A stretch of DNA of 63,293 nucleotides, from IMG/VR virus record IMGVR_UViG_3300036980_000702, positions 1-63,293 of that record; one strand, 5' to 3'. The translations under genes were made by a program, and so were the position numbers. Of this stretch, positions 55,681-63,293 are shown in pieces. The notes beneath the pieces were generated by a model that did not search any database, was not told where the DNA came from, and was given only the letters and a program-made list of their open reading frames with translations. This DNA comes from a virus. Lineage: Duplodnaviria; Caudoviricetes. Within the stretch, counting starts at the first letter, position 1; every line of letters starts with the position of its first letter.

Positions 55681-56136
55681 TTATTTTTCCTCCCTCTCAA
55701 ATTTAATTTCTGTGATATCAAACACCTTGTTAACTTGGCCGGTTTCGTCTTCAAGAATTGCTCCAATATCAATTGATCCTTTTTGAAATGTTTCGGAAGA
55801 ATAGGAATTTGGTTGAAAAAAACCTTCTTGAAACCACTGATGAAAATAATATAGTTGATCATGATAAAAACATTTTATAAGTTTGTTCATTTCGCTGTTC
55901 TCCTTTGTTTGTTTTACCACCGCCATTTTCAAAGCCTCTTCTTTAATCCAATTTTCCTCCTTCGGATCAAGTTGATATTTCTTTAATTCTGCTATTCCAG
56001 CTTGGTTGATTTTGCCATTTTCAACCTGTTCGGCAATAATCTGAACAATCGGTAGTATGTATGCGTAATTCATGCCCGGATCGCCCCCACAAATTTTTCT
56101 TCCCCGTTCGGAAACAAATGGTAAAATCGAATCCAA
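55681..56136 (-). CDS. Hypothetical protein
   Basis: FHQW...AILEDETGQV C-terminal domain; start uncertain. Confidence 0.45.
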   Translation of the reverse strand: MDSILPFVSERGRKICGGDPGMNYAYILPIVQIIAEQVENGKINQAGIAELKKYQLDPKEENWIKEEALKMAVVKQTKENSEMNKLIKCFYHDQLYYFHQWFQEGFFQPNSYSSETFQKGSIDIGAILEDETGQVNKVFDITEIKFEREEK

Positions 56137-56964
56137 CCATTTTGGAAAATAGATATGAGTCTAGGCATTGTTAAAAACCTCCTTTCTGACTTTGTAATAA
56201 ATCACTCCTCCCCTCTCCTCTGCGTCAAACACTTGCCAACGCGGCCATAGGAGAGGATATTTCTCTTGCATTTCAAACTGCGAGATCTCAATAATAATCC
56301 TCATTTAATCATCCTTATTTTTAGTTTAGTCGGGTGCATGTATATTCCGTAATTATTTTCACTATTCCAAGTTCTTTATCAATTAAATTTTTGATATTTC
56401 GCGGTAAATTATCATAATCGCCAAATTCATCCAATAATTTTTTTACCTTCCAATTTTTATCCGCTAACTCTTGCAGTTTTAGATCAAATTCATCTTTACT
56501 GATTTCCATTTTTACCCTCCTTATTTTTTAGTGAAGGCTTTTCACCTTCTCGGACTCCCGGAGTTTCTGCCGTGGTTGACGGGTCGTTTACCCCTACCGA
56601 CTCCCTAATATATAGTCTATACTTTTGGTGCTGGGAAAACCCAATCTTTGACCAAAAGACACACCCGCATTTCTGCGCCGTCAACCTATACTTTTTAAAC
56701 TGGCGTTCCGGTATTTCAACCGGATAGTTTTGATGCACCCTCTCGGTTTTTAGGCCAGGGATCAGAGTTCCTTTACTCCCGGATACGGATTTTTCTTTTT
56801 TCGGTCAGTTCCGCTCGACAGACCGCCGCCAGTTTCGGACCAATCAGTCCGGAGGAAGATTTGTTTGATTGACAGCTCACCAGGGCATCAACAGGGATAT
56901 GGTGATCGTGTCGGTTATATCCCCTTTCAAACAAATCTTCATCGGGAGCGATTGGCTCCCTTAA

Positions 56965-57165
56965 TTACAGATTTTTCCATTCGTCAATATCAATTCCTAG
57001 AGCATCACAAATTCCTTTTTTAACTATCGGCAAAGGATTTACTTTACCGGTTTCTATGTCCGAAATTGTGGCTCTCGAAACATGTACAATATTTGCCAAA
57101 TCCCGCTGAGTCCATCCCTTGTTGATTCTCTCTGTTTTCAACCAATTAAATTTCAATCTCATCAC
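56965..57165 (-). CDS. XRE/Cro-family HTH regulator
   Basis: WTQRDLANIVHVSRATISDIETGKVNP. Confidence 0.9.
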   Translation of the reverse strand: MMRLKFNWLKTERINKGWTQRDLANIVHVSRATISDIETGKVNPLPIVKKGICDALGIDIDEWKNL

Positions 57166-57174
57166 CCAAACTGG

Positions 57175-57214
57175 ATTATATCAAATACTTTACATTTTGT
57201 CAACTACTTTACAT
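57175..57214 (-). promoter_or_regulatory. Consensus sigma-A promoter with direct-repeat operator
   Basis: TTGACA-17-TATAAT; TACTTTACAT at 57186 and 57205. Confidence 0.85.
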
Positions 57215-57277
57215 CAATTCCCGCAAGGATTTCGCAATGGGGTTGAGCAGGATCGAAAATACATTTTGATAAATTGA

Positions 57278-57305
57278 AAGAGGCGGTCGATTAAAACCGC
57301 CTCTT
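57278..57305. terminator. Terminator hairpin
   Basis: AAGAGGCGGT...ACCGCCTCTT. Confidence 0.7.
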
Positions 57306-57307
57306 GG

Positions 57308-57616
57308 TTACTTCTGGATTATATTTCGTTTTAATACTTCCTTATCAAACCTCTGCGCTAAATGTTCAAATTCATTTTGGGTGGCGGCTAATTTCTTCCG
57401 CTCGTGATATAAATTAACCTTTTGTTCGATCAGAACATCAATTTTTTGATCAAACTCTTCTTGTTCTGCTTGAGTTAGCTTAACTTTAATCCCTTTTTCT
57501 TTATCAAAAACTCTAACATGATCGACTTTCGGATTTTTTAAAAAATCAGTCATTCTTTCAAGATTAAAATCTTCAATCGGACCAAAAGTTCCATCTCGGT
57601 TAATTGGTAACATCAT
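57308..57616 (-). CDS. Hypothetical protein
   Basis: AAGGAGG RBS, 102 aa. Confidence 0.65.
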   Translation of the reverse strand: MMLPINRDGTFGPIEDFNLERMTDFLKNPKVDHVRVFDKEKGIKVKLTQAEQEEFDQKIDVLIEQKVNLYHERKKLAATQNEFEHLAQRFDKEVLKRNIIQK

Positions 57617-58071
57617 TTGACCTCCTTTAATATTTTAATCGCCTTTTCAGCGTTTTCCCTCGTTAACGCTTCTGTGTATTTTGTTTGTACAAGATAGGGT
57701 AAAAGATCGCCCATATTATTACCATCGTCGATTATGACAAAATTTTCTGGTTCTTCATTACCCCGCCAAATCCAATCAATTAACCATCTTTTTACTTCTA
57801 TGCCTCTAATTGCTTCAGAAATACGTGGAGTTTGAGACAAACAACGACCCGGTATTACTCCATTATTATCCAAAATATCTTTTAAAAATTCGATATCCCC
57901 CCGCCACGCGCTCGAAACTACAATATAAGCACCAGTTTGTTCGAGGATATAATTAAGATTTTTAACCGCTTTTTCTCCAAATTTAGTTTTGGCAGGATTT
58001 CCGGGATTTCCCACAATGCAAGTACCTTTTGGATTCATTACTCCGTCGAAATCAAGGAAGATTATTTTCAT
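57613..58071 (-). CDS. HAD-family phosphatase (HAD_SAK_2-like)
   Basis: IFLDFDGV, VVSSAWR, RGIEV..WL, FVIIDD. Confidence 0.88.
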   Translation of the reverse strand: MKIIFLDFDGVMNPKGTCIVGNPGNPAKTKFGEKAVKNLNYILEQTGAYIVVSSAWRGDIEFLKDILDNNGVIPGRCLSQTPRISEAIRGIEVKRWLIDWIWRGNEEPENFVIIDDGNNMGDLLPYLVQTKYTEALTRENAEKAIKILKEVK

Positions 58072-58277
58072 TTTACCTCCAAATCTGGCGGGATTTCGAT
58101 AGGAGGGAGTGGAATTATAAAAAATTGCCAATGGGTTATATATCTACTTTTTAAATAATCTTCCTTATTATTTTTCCAATAACTTTTAATATATTCTTTA
58201 CATACAAATCCCCCTGCAACTACCCAAATATCTTTGTCAATTGGCGGTAACTCATCTTCTATTTTTATCCAGTTCAT
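58068..58277 (-). CDS. DUF551 protein
   Basis: WIKIEDELP...ITHWQ..P.PP. Confidence 0.8.
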   Translation of the reverse strand: MNWIKIEDELPPIDKDIWVVAGGFVCKEYIKSYWKNNKEDYLKSRYITHWQFFIIPLPPIEIPPDLEVK

Positions 58278-58278
58278 T

Positions 58279-58584
58279 TTAATCCTCCTCTATCATTTTT
58301 ACCATATCTGGGCCAAGATCTTTCATAAGCACCAGCACTGTATTTTTAAATCCATTTTCTTTTACAATTAATCCGTCTTTGTTGACTAAAAATCGAAACT
58401 CCTGAAATTTTTTTTCCTGGTCTTTTAATACCTTTTTAAGTTGTGTATCGAAATGATAACCTTGTTTATCGCAAATCATTTTAACTTCTTTAACCATATC
58501 GATGGCGATGTTGGTTAAGACTAATATTTGGTTTTTGGTCTTTGATTCCCGGATAAAGATTTCATAGTATTGGGTAGCTCTCAT
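58279..58584 (-). CDS. Hypothetical protein
   Basis: Packed ORF with RBS. Confidence 0.6.
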   Translation of the reverse strand: MRATQYYEIFIRESKTKNQILVLTNIAIDMVKEVKMICDKQGYHFDTQLKKVLKDQEKKFQEFRFLVNKDGLIVKENGFKNTVLVLMKDLGPDMVKMIEED

Positions 58585-59341
58585 TTACCATCCTTCCTTG
58601 ATTCCAATAATATCTTTTAATTTAACATAACATTGATTTCTATGTTGTCTAAGAGTAAATCCAATACAAACTTCATCAAACAACCACGGTCCAGGATCAC
58701 GAGATATCCATCCAAAACCAATAGTCGAATAGCCATTTACAAAATGTTGTAATTGCACTTTAGTTCCTGCCGGGGGTACCTGATTCACTTCCATTTTCTC
58801 CTCCTTTTTCCATTCTTAAAATAAATTGCCTTAAAGAATCACCAACAGTCATTTTTTGTTTATTGTTCATTTCTCCCAAAATATTACAATCAAAGCCGCT
58901 AACCATAAATAAACTATACCTAAATAAAATATCGCCTTGCAAATTCTAACTAAGATGGGACAGGCAATTTTATTTTTCTTCATTGTTTTCCTCCGTCAAC
59001 TCCAATATTTTTCTACCATTTAATCTATCGAGCAAACTGAGTTCAATGAATTTATCATCAGCCAAAAAAGCTCCAATCGAAGCACCTCCGGAAGAATTAA
59101 TAATATCACTATCATATTCCTCTTTAGGATTCATGTTTCCTCCTTTATTTTTCTTCATTGTTTTCCTCCTATGCCACTTTTATTTTTTAGTTTGACAATT
59201 GCAAATATAAACCCATATACAATTTTCTTTTTTTTCGTACTCCGAAGGTTTCCCGCAATAATTACATAATAAAGTTATCTCATTATGTAATCCACATCGA
59301 CATTCTATTTTAGGTTTCATTCATTCTTCCTTCCTTCCATA

Positions 59342-59878
59342 TTATTCAGCGGCGAGTGTTGCTTCCAAACTAAAATTTTCCGGTAATAATTCTGGGTTTT
59401 TGAATATATTTCCAAGGTTAGTCCAACAATCAGAATTGAACAATTCATTGTCAGGGATGATAATATTTCCGTCATGATATCCAGACAAATAATCCCAACA
59501 AATGCACTGCTTACTTTTAAAAATATTAAGCAAACAAATTATACCCAAACGGTGTTGGCCAATATCAAAACGATAAAATTCTTTTCCATTGCAATCAGTA
59601 AAATTAGCAAATGGCATAACTAAAGCGGAAAAAAGTTTTTCTATCTCCCAATTTTTGTAATAATGATCCTTAAATTTACCATCTTTATAAACCTCGATAT
59701 AATCATCGTCGGTTATTTTTTCAGTCCATTGAATACCATGATTTGTAACTAAAACCTTATAACAATTTGCTGGACAAGGATATTGACCTTTATGCCAAAT
59801 AGACTTTCCAAGAGGGAACCAATAATCTCCATCATAAATTAATTTTCCTTCTGCGAGTGCCCGATATTTATATATCAT
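59342..59878 (-). CDS. YopX-like protein
   Basis: YKYRA...DCNGKEFYRFDI...LGNIFKNPELL. Confidence 0.75.
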   Translation of the reverse strand: MIYKYRALAEGKLIYDGDYWFPLGKSIWHKGQYPCPANCYKVLVTNHGIQWTEKITDDDYIEVYKDGKFKDHYYKNWEIEKLFSALVMPFANFTDCNGKEFYRFDIGQHRLGIICLLNIFKSKQCICWDYLSGYHDGNIIIPDNELFNSDCWTNLGNIFKNPELLPENFSLEATLAAE

Positions 59879-60103
59879 TTTTTCCTCCCATTAAAAAATA
59901 CATATAATAGAAGCAATACAAATAAAATAAATAAAAATGAACCAACCAAAACAACCCATTGTTCCAAAACCGGATGCCGATCACAAAATGATAATTTCTG
60001 ACCCGTCATTATTTTTATATCAGTTAATAATTTTCGTGCGCGATATGAAGCTTGAAACATTATTCCTCCTATGCCGCTTTTATTTATTAATCCATTACCA
60101 ATT

Positions 60104-60388
60104 TTATTTCCCAAAATATCTATTTTTTAATCTGTTTGCCGTAGATTCTTGATTGTTATAAACCTTCGGTTCTTCTTTGGTTTCTACGGCAATTTCTTCC
60201 AATGGTTTTATGGGTTCAATTGTTTCCGCCAGTTGAACTTGAGAAACAATTTTTGTTTTACCTTGAGTTTTAATCAACAACCGGAGAGATTTTGAAAAAT
60301 CCCTTCCTTCCTCGTCAAGTCGCTTAAACCATAGAACGATTTCGGGATCTTCGACATCGTCGAATCGAAAAGATTTAATATGTTTCAT
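60104..60388 (-). CDS. ParR-like centromere-binding protein
   Basis: Directly after the actin-like gene; RHH-like SFRFDD...FSKSLRLLI with a flexible tail. Confidence 0.65.
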   Translation of the reverse strand: MKHIKSFRFDDVEDPEIVLWFKRLDEEGRDFSKSLRLLIKTQGKTKIVSQVQLAETIEPIKPLEEIAVETKEEPKVYNNQESTANRLKNRYFGK

Positions 60389-60396
60389 AGCCGCTC

Positions 60397-61395
60397 CTAC
60401 TTAAAACTAAGTTGATAGAGTATGTATGCGCCGTAACAGTTCAACATTTGAAATGCCTGCGGAAAAAGTATTTCCTGATTAAGTTTATAGCGCGCTTCGA
60501 AGTATGGTTTTAAAGGTTTAGCTCCACCTCCGGCCAAAAGAATATATCGATATCGGGACATATTTTTTAATCGGCTTGCAAGTTGGGTGGAAATCTCGGA
60601 TTCCAATTTGGAGTATTGTTTCGCCAATGCTGCATCGTAATTAATTTCAAACTGCCCGTTAAAAATTCTCTCGTTGTAAAATATTGTTTTAGTTAGTTCT
60701 CCGATGGAAATATCTTTTCCTTGATCTTCGAGCCACCTTTGAAGCCCATCATAAGCTTTAAACATTCCAAAATTGATCGAACCGGAACCGGTATCTAATG
60801 GTTCTCCCTCGGGATTCATTGATACATAATTAACGGTTTGATCCCCGATATCTAAAACCAAAACATTACTATTATAAACTTTTGGATAAACCAAATTAAG
60901 ATTCAGATCATAACAATATCCAAAATAGGCCGCTTCTGCCTCGGGGATAACGTGGCAATCATCAATAACAAAATCAATTACCTTCCCCTTCATATCCCCG
61001 GCACCGTGGACGATTTTATGAACCCCCAAAAAAGCCTCTTTGATCTTATCTCTTTGTTTTCCCCAGTCGCCAGCCGGGCAATTTGCCAGAAGGGTAACGT
61101 GTTCCCGGTTGCCGGTCAACATTGAGCAGGCCGTTAAGGTCTGAATTTCATTTTGCATGTTGGTTTTATCTTCGTCCCGGTTTTGCAAAATTCCATCAGG
61201 GAATTGGCGAATAGCAAGATCCCCAACTGCCCAATCGTCTCCCTTGTAATTAACCAGGATGTCGCTTGGCCGCGTGTTGGTTAAAAGATTGAACCCGTCC
61301 GACTTGGCAATAACCGATTGAAAAACCTCGGTTTTAGTCCCACGTAATCGTTTTGTAAACGCTCTTCCGCTGTCAACGATAACAATATTTTCCAT
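60397..61395 (-). CDS. parM: ParM/StbA-family actin-like ATPase
   Basis: VDSGRAFTK, PEA, LDIGDQTVN and LAGGGA actin motifs. Confidence 0.9.
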   Translation of the reverse strand: MENIVIVDSGRAFTKRLRGTKTEVFQSVIAKSDGFNLLTNTRPSDILVNYKGDDWAVGDLAIRQFPDGILQNRDEDKTNMQNEIQTLTACSMLTGNREHVTLLANCPAGDWGKQRDKIKEAFLGVHKIVHGAGDMKGKVIDFVIDDCHVIPEAEAAYFGYCYDLNLNLVYPKVYNSNVLVLDIGDQTVNYVSMNPEGEPLDTGSGSINFGMFKAYDGLQRWLEDQGKDISIGELTKTIFYNERIFNGQFEINYDAALAKQYSKLESEISTQLASRLKNMSRYRYILLAGGGAKPLKPYFEARYKLNQEILFPQAFQMLNCYGAYILYQLSFK

Positions 61396-61819
61396 ACGGT
61401 TTCCTCCTGTATTAAATTTAATAATTGTATTACAGCAGTTATATTACTTTTTACTTTTCCGCTAAATGTCTCCTTTTCGCCAAACAATGCAAACAATGTT
61501 TGCAAGTTACAAAATTTGGATCGGTTGTGATAAATTTATTGTCAATAGCCAAATTGCAAATAGACCACGATCCCCAATCAGACAGTTTTCCACCGAAAAG
61601 GTGGATTTTTAGATTAGACATTGATATTATCCTTTATCATCCAGATATTAACTTCCTCTTCGGTGATTTCCTTCCAATTAATTAATTTTGGTTTGTAATA
61701 TAATTTTTGATTCTGTTTCCAGATAAAAGGATGTTCTGATATGATTATTTCTCGATCATCCCAATAGCATATATTTGGATCATCCATATATTTAAAATAA
61801 ATCCAATAATATTTACTGG

Positions 61820-62002
61820 TCACTTCAGTTCCTCCTCAATCTTTGGCAGACTTCTTTTAATACATTCCCGGACAATCATCGACTTACTGATCTCTTTACT
61901 TCCATTTTTTTGAGCTTCCCTAACCAAATCAGTAATTTTTTTGTTAATATCTTTTTTGATATAAAAATAAACACCTTCATAGTCTGGCAATTTTCTTGAC
62001 AC
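61820..62002 (-). CDS. RHH protein
   Basis: VYFYIKKDINKKI...ISKSMIVRECI. Confidence 0.7.
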   Translation of the reverse strand: MSRKLPDYEGVYFYIKKDINKKITDLVREAQKNGSKEISKSMIVRECIKRSLPKIEEELK

Positions 62003-62066
62003 CTCCCTTGATATTATGATATGATGCTATCATAATTTAAAATGGTTGTCAAGAAAAGGGATTGAA

Positions 62067-62240
62067 ATGGAAAAAACATTAGAAACAATTGTTATGATTA
62101 ATGAAGAATTGGACCAAGTAATATTTATAGATGAGGAAGGATTTGTTTGTATTGAAGATTGTACTAATAATGTAATATGTTGGGATAGAGAAGATGTAAT
62201 GAAAGTCTTAGATTTTCTCACAGACTTCCTGGACAAATAG
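62067..62240 (+). CDS. Small acidic protein
   Basis: AAGGG RBS; MEKTLETIVMINEE...; ends before the hairpin at 62268. Confidence 0.5.
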   Translation: MEKTLETIVMINEELDQVIFIDEEGFVCIEDCTNNVICWDREDVMKVLDFLTDFLDK

Positions 62241-62267
62241 AAATTTCTAAAAAATATAAAGATATAT

Positions 62268-62455
62268 AGGAAACCCCTCTAAAGGAGGGGTTTCCTTATG
62301 TGCTGGGTCGGTGCGCATCCGATCCAGTTTCGACTCCGGACTCGTCCGGGTGTCGCTCCGCCCAAAATGGCATGTAGCCAGGGGGCGTTCCTGTCCACGC
62401 AACTTGCAACCAAACAATAATTGTTCAGCCCAACTGCTGGCGGACACTGCAATGT
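62268..62455 (-). ncRNA. Putative stand-alone structured ncRNA (~185 nt)
   Basis: Promoter TTGACA-17-TAAAAT (62490-62462), GC-rich multi-stem body, terminator AGGAAACCCCTC...GAGGGGTTTCCT. Confidence 0.65.
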
Positions 62456-62594
62456 ATCTATATTTTACCTTTTGAATTAAAGTTTGTCAATAACAAACAA
62501 AAACCACCGGGTGAAAAGTCCGATGGTTTTTGCCATAAGAAAGAATATAAAATGAAGGAGAAAAATGAACAAAGATCCCTTGCGGGCGGAAATG

Positions 62595-62750
62595 TCAGTT
62601 TGATTTTAATTTAGCTTGCAATGATGGATAAGTCTTTTTTAAAACTGTTAATACTGCTGTGTTACAACCAGAACAAACTTCCCCAAGAGTACATCCGGGG
62701 TTTTCTTTAATAAAATCATATAAGCGTTGTTCTTTTTTAGTCAGTTCCAT
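62595..62750 (-). CDS. 51-aa winged-HTH protein, probably leaderless (absent from the ORF track)
   Basis: MELTKKEQRLYDFIKENPGCTLGEV...; TTGACA-17-TAAAAT ends 6 nt before the ATG. Confidence 0.6.
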   Translation of the reverse strand: MELTKKEQRLYDFIKENPGCTLGEVCSGCNTAVLTVLKKTYPSLQAKLKSN

Positions 62751-62791
62751 GTACTTATTTTAAATCATTAGTTTGCAAATGTCAATTGTTT

Positions 62792-62875
62792 TGGTTGATA
62801 GGGATGGATTCGAACCACCGCGCCCGGAGGAGCTGGTTTACAGCCAGCCGCAATCGACCACTCTGCCACCTATCA
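62792..62875 (-). tRNA. tRNA-Tyr (GTA)
   Basis: Acceptor TGATAGG/CCTATCA, anticodon arm GCTGG-CTGTAAA-CCAGC, variable arm, GGTTCGAATCC, encoded CCA. Confidence 0.93.
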
Positions 62876-62883
62876 GTATTGTT

Positions 62884-62975
62884 TGGCGGAAGGTGAAAGA
62901 TTTGAACTCTCACACCGTATCACTACGGTTTAAACGGTTTTCAAGACCGCCTCCTTACCATTCGGACAACCTCCC
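62884..62975 (-). tRNA. tRNA-Ser (TGA)
   Basis: Acceptor GGGAGGT/ACCTTCC, G73, anticodon TGA, long variable arm, encoded CCA. Confidence 0.93.
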
Positions 62976-63017
62976 GTAACAAATATTATATATGCTATTT
63001 GTTTATATTGTCAATGG

Positions 63018-63293
63018 TTAAAACTTTTTCCCGGTTATAACTAATAATCGGTTGTCAGTCCCGATCTCCACCCGAACCCCGACCAACCATTCCCGCCAGT
63101 ATAGATTACCTTGACCGTAGATCCCGGAATCAGTCCCGGAGAAGATTCCGGCTTCCCAGGTTTTTGGTTTGATTTCCTTTTCCTCAAAGTCAATACCAAG
63201 CCTGACGTTATCATCAAACTTGGTAGTGGCCGTAATTGTTTCCAAACTTAGGGAGTCGGGGTTAAAACTGAAATTGACCGTAGTCTCTCCGGT
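63018..63293 (-). CDS. C-terminal part of the junction-spanning 217-aa protein
   Basis: Ends ...WEAGIFSGTDSGIYGQGNLYWREWLVGVRVEIGTDNRLLVITGKKF*. Confidence 0.75.
   Translation of the reverse strand, partial: TGETTVNFSFNPDSLSLETITATTKFDDNVRLGIDFEEKEIKPKTWEAGIFSGTDSGIYGQGNLYWREWLVGVRVEIGTDNRLLVITGKKF
63167..63293. repeat. Terminal direct repeat (copy of 1-127)
   Basis: Exact 127-bp match. Confidence 0.97.

Noticed and set aside
56805-56950. Second hammerhead on the minus strand (CCGATGA...GAAAC...GTC)
   Set aside because: The core reads CCGAUGA, stem I cannot form next to the cleavage site, and stem II does not abut GAAA
62300-62355. Hammerhead inside the ncRNA (CGGACGAG...CGAAAC)
   Set aside because: It lacks CUGA, has no proper stem II and no NUH triplet
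62884-62975. Suppressor or selenocysteine tRNA implying stop-codon recoding
   Set aside because: Anticodon TGA reads UCA (Ser), and genes are intact in the standard bacterial code with all three stop codons in use

Overview
The window looks like a complete, circularly assembled ~63.2-kb phage genome; a 127-bp overlap joins the ends. The host is probably a Bacillota member, judged from GGAGG ribosome-binding sites and sigma-A promoters. Most genes lie on the minus strand. They include a ParM/ParR-like pair with no recognisable integrase (suggesting a plasmid prophage), replication and recombination genes, terminase, portal, scaffold and capsid, podovirus-type tail and ejection genes, lysis genes and two tRNAs. 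Main points of interest: (1) a 2133-aa ejection/polyvalent protein with a GGDEF diguanylate-cyclase domain, an ART-like domain and two HExxH domains; (2) a plus-strand accessory region (37.7-42.8 kb, with relatives at 0.55-1.6 and 35 kb) built from repeated promoter/operator cassettes that end in small DNA-binding genes; (3) RNA elements between those cassette genes: a canonical hammerhead ribozyme, a twister-like element in the same sequence context, and four copies of a small H-type pseudoknot; (4) a stand-alone structured ncRNA of ~185 nt. All family assignments come from reading motifs by eye; no database searches were run.
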